DNA of 64,000 nucleotides from Albugo candida (Eukaryota): NCBI GenBank assembly GCA_040437565.1, contig JBDOQK010000016.1, positions 62,001 to 126,000 of the forward strand, read 5' to 3'. Shown piece by piece: positions 11,647 to 21,784 of this stretch (position 1 is its first letter; each line of letters starts with the position of its first letter). The notes under the pieces were generated by a model. It saw only the letters and a program-made list of their open reading frames with translations, ran no database searches and was not told where the DNA came from. The position numbers and the translations under genes were made by a program.

Positions 11647-14600
11647 CTATTCTGTTTGTGTTTCCGGCAAAACATACGGTGGCCAACGCAATGTTGCCAA
11701 TCGGATCGACTCGTTCTCCAAACACTCTGCTAGGAATTCAGTTGAATCTGCCGTTTCAAGCTTTATCCATTTCAAAGTTTTACTTTTGGTCACGCGATGA
11801 AAGTTATTTTCCTTGAAAACTTGTAGCAAATCGTCTAACAACGAACTGCTTGTGTCATTCTGCGACTGGTCTTCCCTTCCGTGAGCCTCCGGGAAGTGAA
11901 CTGTAGTAGAAATGCGCAATCGCATTTTATTGATCGTCGTAAGAACGCTCGTGTCTAATGCACACTTTTTGCTCAACACCATGGACTCTTGATTTATACG
12001 AATACTAACGATTTCAGCCAATTTCCAGTCTCCGTAGATCCAAACATTTGCCTTACGATCCGCACACAACAAAAGGAGTATCGGGTAGAATAGCTCGTTG
12101 TTTGTGGGCAGGAGTGTGCAATTGGAGCACATCATTTGATCAGTGTTGCCATTAACAATGGAAGTAGCGTAAACTGCTCGGAAAAGTTTGGTATTGCCGC
12201 TACCAAATGTCTCGGTATTCCGAAACGGTATTTTGAATAAACTTCGAGAGCGAAATCCGATTTTCTTACCGGAACCTCCCGCCGAAAGGAACCACTTGAT
12301 CGAAAGTCCACTACTTGTTTGTACCATAAGCCGTACTAATTCTTCCTTTCCCTTCCTCGCTTCCTCTGGATTTGCAAATTCGACACTATAGTGCTGGTCG
12401 GTCATGTAATATAACAGTGACATCGGGAAGGGGAGCCTTGATGGGCCGACAAGTTGGGCTTGAGATGGACGCAAGCAATGCAGTTCCACTACATTCTTCG
12501 TCGCTTTGATCTTTGAGAACGTAGCATCGAATCCTTCTGGGTCATTTTGCTCGATCACGACATTCGACAAATAGCACGGTGAAAAGAGATCATGTGCAAA
12601 ACCAGAATCATTTGAAATTTGTTCGGTTATTGCGCTTCTTGTGTGACTCGCATCCTTCATCGCCTTCAGACCCAGGCTGATGCTGTCGGTTTTCTTGGCA
12701 CTTGGAGAGCCCTTGGAGCCTTTCTTATCCACTTCACCACGTAAAACTTGATGTTGAAATGTGATGGCTAGCAAAACTCGTAGTAGCTCTTCACGTTTTT
12801 CTCTACGATCGCCGTCTTCAGGACGTGTGTCAAGCAAAGCACACTCGTCCAGTACCTGTGAAACTCTGTGTGTGGTTGCATATGTACTCAAGCTGCGTAG
12901 AGCACTCATAGTGTACTCGTATTCATCACCCGGTGATATTTTATACCCTTGCAGCAATTCTTTGAGGTATTTGATCGTTCTGCTGCATAAATCCGAAATG
13001 AGATGATTGAGAGCTTTGTATCGATGAAGTGAAATGGAAAAATGCTGCAGTAATTGTCGTCTCATTCTGTCGCACGCGCTGTTCTTCTTCGCATTATTCC
13101 CATTGCTTTGCCACCCACAGCTTTTCATCAGTACATGATGATATAGTCTCCACAGCGAAAGCGGTTCACTCCACGCATCCTGATCCAACCGCAATTTGGC
13201 TACGAGATTGTGCTTCATTTCCTCCATATATTGTACTGCATCCGAAATGTGATATTTTGAAGGCAATGTGAACAAATCAGGGACAGTCAGCAACGCTATG
13301 AGAATGATAGTATCCACTAACAGCCATGAATGCTGCTTCTGTCCCATTTTGTATCCTGAGTCGCTCGGATCATTGCCATTGCTTTGAATTCTGCCAGCAA
13401 CTGAATTCACGACCAAGGCAAGTAGCCGACAAAGAGGGAGGCTTATCGGAAATTTGCATACAAAAGCTCCAAATGAAGTCACACGAGCATTCTTCTCCTC
13501 AGATGAATTGATCGCATCAAAAGCCGCGAGCGTATCATAGGCGCATTGTATATTCTCTAGACTCGGCACATGCATCGCTGACGACAACAGTTGTCGGGGA
13601 GTTGATTTCATTGCAATAGCCAGCTTGGACTGGAGCAGAAGAATTGTGCGTGTCAGGGGTTTTCGTAGAATCTCCGGTTTCGAGTAAGCGCACATACAGT
13701 GCTTCTCGAATGTCTCGGTAAACAAGTGCAATGCAATTCCGGGACGCACTCGACCAGCACGTCCGGCTCTTTGTTTTGTTGAAGCCTGGGAACACCATAC
13801 AGGCATCAAAAGTTCCAAATCTTGAGCATATCCTTCATTCTTAGCATTATCGGCACCGACCATCATCTGAATTTGCTTTTCAATCCCACAATTGAGTACA
13901 TGTGTCACGCCAGGAATAGTTACACTACTTTCTGCGATATTGGTCGCAAGTATGATTTTGACAACAGACGGACTGCCCTGATCCAATTCGCTGAATGCAG
14001 CCTCTTGCTCTTCTAGTTCAATGTCTGAATGTAGTACATAGATTTTCATGACGGCTTGCTGAGATGTCTTTTGTGTATTGGATGTGAGCTGCTCATACAC
14101 CGTGTTGATGCTTTGCATGCCCGGTAAAAATACAAGAATGCAGGGCCCAGTGCTGATCTCGCCGTGCTGACTGGGCTGCCATTGCTTCACAGCCCGTTTT
14201 TCTGCTTCTTGTTGGGCAAATCCTTTCAGGATTCCTACCAACAGTTCCAGTTGACGTTCATGAACAGATTGGATCATGGCCGTTGCTGTTGGATTTTCAG
14301 CTGTCGTTTTGGTGTCAGTTAGAGCACGGAAACTCGAGTCTAAAATCGCCAACGCGTGCCTTGAACTCTTGTTGTCGGAATGTTCAAGTACTTTTTTCAC
14401 CGTGCGAAAAGAGGGAATGTCAAGAACAGAACTCGAACATTGATTCTCATCGCGTGTGCTCCAGGAATCGAGGTACACATTCTCAACTTCATGCAGTCTC
14501 ACGCCGATATTTAATGGTCTCAATTTCTTTGCTGATTTTTTAAGGGTTTTCCCAGATACTTCCGATGCATTGATAGTCTTGAAATAATGCAGAAATTCGG

Positions 14601-17600
14601 TGGCATCCATTGTGGCAGACATGAGAATGACTTTGCAATTTGGTAGTTTGGGAAGGTATTGTTTTAGAATTAGCAGCAGTAAGTCCACGTCCATGGTCCT
14701 CTCATGGACCTCATCCAGCACAAGATGGGATATCCGAGATAGAGCATCCATGGGATTGTGCATCAAGTATTCCATCATATATCCGTTTGTGACGTACGTC
14801 AGTTTAGTAGCTTCTGAAGTCACACTTTGTTGTCCAATACGATAGCCTACAATGTCACCAAGTCTGCCCGACTCGCCAAATTCGTTCGATTCGCGCATTC
14901 TAGCCACAGTGGAGGCCAATTCAATCGCGGCGATACGTCGCGGTTGCGTAACGATTATCCTCACCTTTTGCTCCAGTGCCAGCGCTTCGTTCAGTATGAA
15001 TTGAGGTACTGAAGTGCTTTTGCCGCATCCAGTCTCGCCTTGAATGATGGTGACTTGGTTCTTCTGAATATGTTGTAGTATGGACTCCCGATGGGCATAC
15101 GCAGGTAAATTCTGCATTAGATCACGTATATGTGGCTGCGTTTTTGCAATAAACGATGGTTGTTTGAGCTCATCGTCTCGGTTCTGAATCTGCTTGGACT
15201 CCTTGTTCAATTCAGCAATTCCACTACCTTTCAACTTCTTCACAACACTTCCAGGGATAAGTTGAGATGATATGGTATCCTGACGTAAAGAATCGGATTT
15301 TGCATTGACCTTTGCTGAGGGGGTGAGATGATCGCTGGGAAAACTTGCCTTTGGAAGAAAAACACGTTCTTTTCCTTGTTCGTTCTGACACGAATTCTTC
15401 TTCATATAAACATTATTTGCATCAGTCTTGTTCCCATTTAGCTCCAAGTTGTCTAACTCTCTCGTAAGCAATGCGTCGCCTACTTCCTCGTTATCTATTC
15501 CAGAATGGTCTGTGAGAGTAGTCAGGCTCTTTAGTGTACATGTTAGCAATGGCGGACTCTTTTCTGCGACACCGTGCTCAACATTTGATAAAAGTCCCAT
15601 AAGCTGAATCACTGTAGAATGCAGCGAAAAGAAAGTTTGTCTCAGTTCCAATGAATTCTTTTGGTCGATTCCCACACGTTCCACCACTTTTTTCACAATC
15701 TCGTCGAGGTGAATGTTGGGATCGGTGGTCTCTCGCGGAATAGTTTTGTTTGCTGATCTGTACTCTTTGTTGACCAGCATATATATTTCCGATGAAAAAG
15801 GTAAATATCTCACTTTTTGTCTCAACTGCAGCGGCGCTGTTTTGATACGACTGCAAAGAACGCATTCAGCTTGTCGCATGTGCTTGATAGCTTCTGTAAA
15901 CGTCGTACACGCCGCACGCGCAGCTGCATTCATAAACGTCTCATCGTTGGTTGACAAATTCTCTCCACACAAATGTGTCCACATAGACTGCTGTATTCCG
16001 TCAATAAATCTATCTTGAACGCTAAGATCCACGGTACCAGCTTTGGCAGCTTTTTGGGTAGCTGTATAGTGCAATAAAGACGAAATAAGTAATGAGAGAA
16101 GAATTGTGTTGATCCGATCAATGCTTGTGATATCTTCAGTTTCAAGCAGATCAAGTTTGTCCAAGCGGCAGTGCAGTGTGAAATCTGTTACAATCACTTG
16201 TTCGCGTCGCCACAGGAGTATCAGAGCTAGCGGGACATCTCCTAAATCGGATTGAGTACTTGGAGCCCACTTGCTTAAGCTTACTTGCAGACTGTCGAGG
16301 ATCGCCATAACTTCTTTGACGATGATACTTTCTAAAGTCATACTTGAGTTAAGCAAAAATGTGCATACCAATAGTCGAATTGTATCAACGCCGAATCGAT
16401 CGACTTGACTATGTACTCTCTTTGATATATCTTTGCGTGCAGCCTTGGATCCCCGAGAATGGACCCATGCCTTCATCAATTTTTCAATGGACTTTCCGTA
16501 CGAATCGATACATGGCTGCAGAGTATCTCGTGCAAGTTGCATGAAAGGCTCAAATGACAGCTGCACCTTCCTTATGTAGCCATTTGGAGCATCTAAACAC
16601 TCTTCAATGACTGAGGTTCGCTCGGCTGCAAGATAAAGAAGCATTCGAGCTCCCAGCAAAAGTGAATCGCGTACTCCAACACATACTTTTTTCAGGTGTG
16701 CGGATGATCGCTTCGTTTTCGAAAGTCTCTGATAGTAGTAATGGGCAGCTAAATCATATTGCGTCCGGGCCTTCAAGATGGACGTTTCCAGCAGCTCGAT
16801 CGTTTGGCTCGAGTGACCGTGGAAATCAATCAAGTTTATGTAACGTTTCTTCTTCTTCTTTAATAGGTCTATTCCAAGTGGGAGCTTTTTGGATTTGTAT
16901 TTACTCACAAAGTGATCTTGAAATCCATAAAACGTATAAAACTGATGCATTTCTGCTAAAATGGTCGGATGAGTTTTGTCAACCTGTTTTCTTATCAGGT
17001 AATCCAAAACACTTCCTTTATCTTTGACCCAACTCGCAGCATGAATAGGAGTCATACACGATCGTTTATCTAAAGCGGGGAGCATCTCCGTCCATGACGC
17101 TAGCTCTAAATGCTTCTTTATTCCAAAATCTCGATCCAGTGCTTCGGTGAAATCATTGCTACATAATAACGCAACGTCGACAAGATTTTCCATGTCGATT
17201 TCGAGACTTGAAGCAACAAGACTGGAATCAAATACACGAGCTGAGATTCTCGCACTTTTTTTTCCCTGGGCTGGTCTGAATCGAATTTCCTCGAATGGAA
17301 TATAACGTGTAGAGCGCATAATGAAAAAATCCGAGTCACGTGATAATACTGCAAAAGCCTGTTTCATTTGTACGCATTGAGCTAATGCCATATCTGCTTC
17401 ACATTCACTTGTGTCCACTTGAATCCTTCGATCAAGCAATATTTGTCGTAGTACTCTGTCTGCGAAGAGAAATGAGCCATTGAGTCGACTGATAACGCGA
17501 CGAAGCTTTCCCGTGTTCGGTATTTCTTCTGAATCTGATGAATGAACGGACCCAACCGCTGGCAAATTGGACGTTTTTTCTCCTTCAATTTCGTATAGTG

Positions 17601-18054
17601 AAATCAGAAGCTCGTTAAGTTGAGCAACTGCATTGATCTTTTCCAAATCTCTTCGCAATAGACAGTAACGCTTACGACGCTGTGCGGCATTCCCACCAAA
17701 ACATTTTGGAGGATCCACAAAGAAATGAAGTTTGACATTGGCAGCTTTGAACTCGTCTAGCCACGTTGTGACAAAGTTGGTGAGGCGCAGGTCGCATCCT
17801 CCAGAGAGAAGCCAATTGCATACAAACAAATCCACCCACTCTTGCTGACCAGCACAATCGGAAGTGAATGCGTTATCGAGATGGGTATATTGTGATTCTG
17901 CAATCTTCACGACAGAGCCTAGAACTTGACTACATGCATAGTATATGAATCCAGAGAAATCTACCGCTAATGTAAGGTCTCTCAACGTGTCCTGCGAAAT
18001 GGACGTCTTGCTTTTCTTTTCATAGCAGTAGCGCTGTAGACCAAGCACTCCCAT
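11647..18054 (-). CDS. XPG/FEN1-superfamily (Asteroid/FAM120-like PIN) nuclease fused to a DExH-box RNA helicase (Spindle-E/TDRD9-like), 2135 aa
   Basis: Uninterrupted ORF. N-terminal motifs: MGVLGL, LAVDFSG, FFVD, ECEAD, LSRDSDFF, LCSNDF. C-terminal motifs: GETGCGKS, TQPRRIAA, DEVHER, MSAT, LVFLPG, ATNIAESSVT, QRAGRAGR, and HA2-like VTSFGAFVCKFPISL. Confidence 0.88.
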   Translation of the reverse strand: MGVLGLQRYCYEKKSKTSISQDTLRDLTLAVDFSGFIYYACSQVLGSVVKIAESQYTHLDNAFTSDCAGQQEWVDLFVCNWLLSGGCDLRLTNFVTTWLDEFKAANVKLHFFVDPPKCFGGNAAQRRKRYCLLRRDLEKINAVAQLNELLISLYEIEGEKTSNLPAVGSVHSSDSEEIPNTGKLRRVISRLNGSFLFADRVLRQILLDRRIQVDTSECEADMALAQCVQMKQAFAVLSRDSDFFIMRSTRYIPFEEIRFRPAQGKKSARISARVFDSSLVASSLEIDMENLVDVALLCSNDFTEALDRDFGIKKHLELASWTEMLPALDKRSCMTPIHAASWVKDKGSVLDYLIRKQVDKTHPTILAEMHQFYTFYGFQDHFVSKYKSKKLPLGIDLLKKKKKRYINLIDFHGHSSQTIELLETSILKARTQYDLAAHYYYQRLSKTKRSSAHLKKVCVGVRDSLLLGARMLLYLAAERTSVIEECLDAPNGYIRKVQLSFEPFMQLARDTLQPCIDSYGKSIEKLMKAWVHSRGSKAARKDISKRVHSQVDRFGVDTIRLLVCTFLLNSSMTLESIIVKEVMAILDSLQVSLSKWAPSTQSDLGDVPLALILLWRREQVIVTDFTLHCRLDKLDLLETEDITSIDRINTILLSLLISSLLHYTATQKAAKAGTVDLSVQDRFIDGIQQSMWTHLCGENLSTNDETFMNAAARAACTTFTEAIKHMRQAECVLCSRIKTAPLQLRQKVRYLPFSSEIYMLVNKEYRSANKTIPRETTDPNIHLDEIVKKVVERVGIDQKNSLELRQTFFSLHSTVIQLMGLLSNVEHGVAEKSPPLLTCTLKSLTTLTDHSGIDNEEVGDALLTRELDNLELNGNKTDANNVYMKKNSCQNEQGKERVFLPKASFPSDHLTPSAKVNAKSDSLRQDTISSQLIPGSVVKKLKGSGIAELNKESKQIQNRDDELKQPSFIAKTQPHIRDLMQNLPAYAHRESILQHIQKNQVTIIQGETGCGKSTSVPQFILNEALALEQKVRIIVTQPRRIAAIELASTVARMRESNEFGESGRLGDIVGYRIGQQSVTSEATKLTYVTNGYMMEYLMHNPMDALSRISHLVLDEVHERTMDVDLLLLILKQYLPKLPNCKVILMSATMDATEFLHYFKTINASEVSGKTLKKSAKKLRPLNIGVRLHEVENVYLDSWSTRDENQCSSSVLDIPSFRTVKKVLEHSDNKSSRHALAILDSSFRALTDTKTTAENPTATAMIQSVHERQLELLVGILKGFAQQEAEKRAVKQWQPSQHGEISTGPCILVFLPGMQSINTVYEQLTSNTQKTSQQAVMKIYVLHSDIELEEQEAAFSELDQGSPSVVKIILATNIAESSVTIPGVTHVLNCGIEKQIQMMVGADNAKNEGYAQDLELLMPVWCSQASTKQRAGRAGRVRPGIALHLFTETFEKHCMCAYSKPEILRKPLTRTILLLQSKLAIAMKSTPRQLLSSAMHVPSLENIQCAYDTLAAFDAINSSEEKNARVTSFGAFVCKFPISLPLCRLLALVVNSVAGRIQSNGNDPSDSGYKMGQKQHSWLLVDTIILIALLTVPDLFTLPSKYHISDAVQYMEEMKHNLVAKLRLDQDAWSEPLSLWRLYHHVLMKSCGWQSNGNNAKKNSACDRMRRQLLQHFSISLHRYKALNHLISDLCSRTIKYLKELLQGYKISPGDEYEYTMSALRSLSTYATTHRVSQVLDECALLDTRPEDGDRREKREELLRVLLAITFQHQVLRGEVDKKGSKGSPSAKKTDSISLGLKAMKDASHTRSAITEQISNDSGFAHDLFSPCYLSNVVIEQNDPEGFDATFSKIKATKNVVELHCLRPSQAQLVGPSRLPFPMSLLYYMTDQHYSVEFANPEEARKGKEELVRLMVQTSSGLSIKWFLSAGGSGKKIGFRSRSLFKIPFRNTETFGSGNTKLFRAVYATSIVNGNTDQMMCSNCTLLPTNNELFYPILLLLCADRKANVWIYGDWKLAEIVSIRINQESMVLSKKCALDTSVLTTINKMRLRISTTVHFPEAHGREDQSQNDTSSSLLDDLLQVFKENNFHRVTKSKTLKWIKLETADSTEFLAECLENESIRLATLRWPPYVLPETQTE

Positions 18055-18254
18055 GGTTCAGGGGATATCAATTTATGTCCGTCAAACTGGTGGATGGTTA
18101 CAAATTCATTCATACAGGTGATCGAATGTCTCAGAAATAATGTTTGTAAAAATACAGATTGCTGGGAAAATGATACCTGATCTTGTCAATTTAACGGTCA
18201 CAAGGTCGAGAGTCGAGCTTACCTGTATAATAACGTTGACTGCTGGGGACCCAG

Positions 18255-19192
18255 ATGCTCTGCGATACGGCGTATTCCTGTCAAAGTACTGATTTAAACA
18301 ATGCGGAAAGTTGTTACAATAGTGACGAATACTATTCAAGCGGCAACAAGGAAGAATATGGAGAGACCGAAGAATTGGATATTTTTGAAAGTTTTGACTT
18401 ACGTGTGGGTAATAAAATATTGTGCGCTATCCGAAAAACCGATGAAAAAGTAAGAAGAAACCTTCCCACTGCACAATAAGTGCTATCCCAAATTTGGTGG
18501 TGATCATTCTCAATCATGTAGCTATATGGCGAGGAGACAAGCACCAATTACATCGAGCGCTCCGAGACGAAAAGGTTGTTATTCGAGGTAACTGACCAAC
18601 GAAGGTACTAAAACCCAACACAGGAAGTCCTCTGTACAATACCGGGACGATTCGAGTCGTTATAACAAGCCACCAGACTTATCATTGTGGTGTTCCCAAT
18701 TTCAGTATCTACGCGTGCGTGGGAATCAAGTAATGTTCCAAAAGGTTTACAATGCACCACGTCCTCCACTCTGGACTTATCTTGACGATCATGCTGGTCA
18801 GGAAAATACCATAAATGACAATTGCTCCGCAAAATGCGAATTTGCAAGTACCGAAGAGATTTTTGCAATGTATGTGGTGAGAAATCACATCTGCCTTCAG
18901 CTCTTGTTGTTACGTGTTTGTCAGCGACGGCTGTGTTGATGAATCTCCTGTCGGTCAAGTGATGGATGACGATTCGACCAATGTTGCTACTGAAATAGCG
19001 CCAACGTCGAGAACATTGACAGGTGATTTGTGCATCGTAATTGATGATGTAAAGCTGCCGGTATCAGATCCCCACGAATCTATTGCTGAAGCTGCGGTAA
19101 GTCCTTCTTTCCTTATGATACTCCAATGCATAGATCGTGCTTTTATGAAGATATATACCGTATTGAGAGCTCCACAGAATACGCGGCACTAG
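18255..19192 (+). CDS. FAM149/DUF3719-like protein, multi-exon; 3' end uncertain
   Basis: In-frame introns 18450-18521, 18588-18669 and 18870-18924 give ESFDLRVGNKILCAIRKTDEKLYGE..LWCSQFQYLRVRGNQ..EEIFAIDGCVDE. This resembles the FAM149 DExLYE / W..FPHLRI.G / EE..A.DG motifs. Confidence 0.55.
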
Positions 19193-19440
19193 ACGATTTT
19201 TCTGACCAACGAGGAAGTGAAGCTATTCGACAAGGAACAAGTGAGTTGTTTGAGCAGCATGTACAAGACAGTTGTGTGTTCGCTGTTGAGGAGAGAAATA
19301 GATACGATTGTTCGCCTTCTTGTTGTCTGCTATATTCTCATCAAAAGTCGGCTACGATTGATTGTATCAGCTGATGAATGTTCGCAACTTTCCTTGTTCA
19401 GCATGCAATCCCCAACTAGAGATCGATGCTGGGTAACTGC

Positions 19441-20838
19441 TTATTCTTGAATAAACGGTAAATACTCAAAATCAGTGTAGAGGAGATCTTCTGTATCGGG
19501 ATTACAATGCGCTGATTTGAAGCAATGATCACAAAAAAACATCGGTTCCGAAGTAGCTAATCGGTCCTGATAGCAGACAAATTTGGCGGCAAATTGTTTG
19601 CAGATCAGACAATTACGAAGCGGCCTTGGCAAGTGATTACGTAGTCGCATTGGAAATGAACTCAGTGCGTTGGTGTCATACTCATGAAGCATACGCACAT
19701 CACGCAGCAAGACAAGATGCTCACATTCTCCCTGATGTATGAATACTCCTTCCAGGTTATGTTGCAATGACAGCTCATTGAATCGTGTGTGGTCCATCGA
19801 CCTTGGTGCGTTGCCTGTTTCACGATCAGAGTGACCAAAGCGACTTTCACGTGACGTGCGACGATCAATCCAATTTCGTATAGGTAGGGAATAGTCTACA
19901 TGATTGCTTTCAGAACGAGAACGGAAGTCCACATAAAATGTTTTCCCGAAATAAAGCATCTTTGAAGTACATTTGTGCTTTATAAACCGTTGATCCATAG
20001 AGCATGAGATTCGATCGATTAAACTTGTGAGGCTTTGTGAACCCAATACCAAAAATGATTGCGTTTTATTTGGCTCTTTTGATGGGTGGAGCACATCCAT
20101 CCAGATGATCATCTCCCCATTATCTTTTCGATTTTCGTGTGTGTGTTCCGACATGCACTTTGCATGTAGTTTTCTCGTAAGTGTAGCAACAGAGGCAGCG
20201 CGTGTGGAACTTTCAACTTTTACTTCTTCGTCAGGTCTAGCGAAGAAAAAGCTTCCCGCTGTGATAGTGTTTGCACTTGAGCGTTTCTGTTGAAGCACAC
20301 GAGTCTTAGGAGGGTAAGTTTGCAGAAATGCTCTCAAACGGGGACTTGGCATGCGCTCTTCTCGAAGTCGATAAATGTCGTTCAAGCTACTGAAAATGCG
20401 TTGATATCTTTCCATTTTTCTTATATTTCGCCTAGAAAGCCTTTTCTTCATCTTGGTTTGTGGAATACAGGTTTTCAGACCTTCGGTCGGGTTCTCAGCG
20501 TCCACAGTTGGCCGAGATGGTGATGCTCTCGGTTTCTCTTCGTCACTTGATGATAGACTCATATCTCTATTGAAAACACAGCGAGCAATTGAGCGATAAA
20601 GCTTAATGCGTTCCATATAACTCAGTGGTTCTTCCGTTTGGGCTGATTTATACTCATTCCACTGGTGCATAGCATCGTGAATTGTATTATCGACTGCACG
20701 TTCGATAGGTGGTAATTGAATATCGTCAGTTGCGATGTCAATTTCCAGTTGTTGTGATTCATTTGGTTTCAAAAGATCAGTGTCAGTTCGATGTTCAATT
20801 TCAACGAAAGGAAACAATTTGGCGAATTGCGAGTTCAT
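19441..20838 (-). CDS. SNAPC3: snRNA-activating protein complex subunit 3 (SNAP50/SRD2)
   Basis: FLVLGSQSLTSLIDRISC, FYVDFR, DYSLPIRNW, FIHQGECEH, and C-terminal zinc finger CLIC..FFCDHCF. Confidence 0.9.
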   Translation of the reverse strand: MNSQFAKLFPFVEIEHRTDTDLLKPNESQQLEIDIATDDIQLPPIERAVDNTIHDAMHQWNEYKSAQTEEPLSYMERIKLYRSIARCVFNRDMSLSSSDEEKPRASPSRPTVDAENPTEGLKTCIPQTKMKKRLSRRNIRKMERYQRIFSSLNDIYRLREERMPSPRLRAFLQTYPPKTRVLQQKRSSANTITAGSFFFARPDEEVKVESSTRAASVATLTRKLHAKCMSEHTHENRKDNGEMIIWMDVLHPSKEPNKTQSFLVLGSQSLTSLIDRISCSMDQRFIKHKCTSKMLYFGKTFYVDFRSRSESNHVDYSLPIRNWIDRRTSRESRFGHSDRETGNAPRSMDHTRFNELSLQHNLEGVFIHQGECEHLVLLRDVRMLHEYDTNALSSFPMRLRNHLPRPLRNCLICKQFAAKFVCYQDRLATSEPMFFCDHCFKSAHCNPDTEDLLYTDFEYLPFIQE

Positions 20839-21235
20839 CTCAGTCAGAATCAAAAATGCTTGGTTATAGATACAGGAAGTAATTTACATATGCAGTATTG
20901 CCTGATTTCAAACGAGTTGATTGGCGATATCCTGTCCCTAACATACTATTAAGCATACTGAGCGTAAAAACCTTGCAAATCCGCCTTTGTGACTTTTACT
21001 CAAAGTATGATGTTTAGTGAGATGCTCATCTCCTTGTCGGGTCTCGAGTTACCGTATGTAGAGCTACACAGCGTTTAAAATCGCATGTTCAAGAGACAGT
21101 TAATATTCACCCTCCCTCAGAACCGGATGTTTTGTACTTATTCTTCATCATATAAAGAAATGAGTGAGCACATCAAAGCACGCTCTTGAACGAGTGGTTA
21201 GTTGCTCGATCGTGACATCGATCGTACATAAAGTG

Positions 21236-21784
21236 ATGGAGGCGAACTCGCAAAATAGTTTTCATGCAAAATTTGGCACATTCGGAGCTGGAAAGCTACC
21301 TCGTCTAATGGATTTGACGATCGTCCGATCGCGACACACACGTCCGGAAGGGGATCTGACACCAAATATGTACAGTGTCAGCCGCTATGATCGCTTTATA
21401 CGACCGCCTGCGTTACGTGACATGACCGAAGATATTTTATGTACGCGTAATGCAGTAAAGATGAGGGTGCATGAAGTTTGCTGCCAACAGTGGTCTGGCT
21501 TCAACAAGAGCGGAGATGTCGAGCATTCACCTCATCCTGTAAACACGTTCAACTCCGTTTTTCTAAATTCGAGAGATGGGTCAACTTCTGGAAAACGAGC
21601 TCGTCGTAAGGAGCAATGTCGATTTAACCAAGCCAATTATCGTACAAGAAAACGTCAGCAGGAAAGAAATCTGCTGGCTCAAATATGTGCATTACAATCC
21701 GAGATTGATGCTTTGGAGAAGCGAAAAAAGAAGCTATCATACGATCTGTCAAACACTAGCATACATCGTAGAAGTAGAATCTAG
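21236..21784 (+). CDS. Oomycete-type bZIP transcription factor (Cys at the invariant Asn); possibly truncated or pseudogene
   Basis: RRKEQCRFNQANYRTRKRQQERNLLAQICALQSEIDALEKRKKKL; the ORF stops shortly after the zipper; start uncertain. Confidence 0.55.
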   Translation: MEANSQNSFHAKFGTFGAGKLPRLMDLTIVRSRHTRPEGDLTPNMYSVSRYDRFIRPPALRDMTEDILCTRNAVKMRVHEVCCQQWSGFNKSGDVEHSPHPVNTFNSVFLNSRDGSTSGKRARRKEQCRFNQANYRTRKRQQERNLLAQICALQSEIDALEKRKKKLSYDLSNTSIHRRSRI

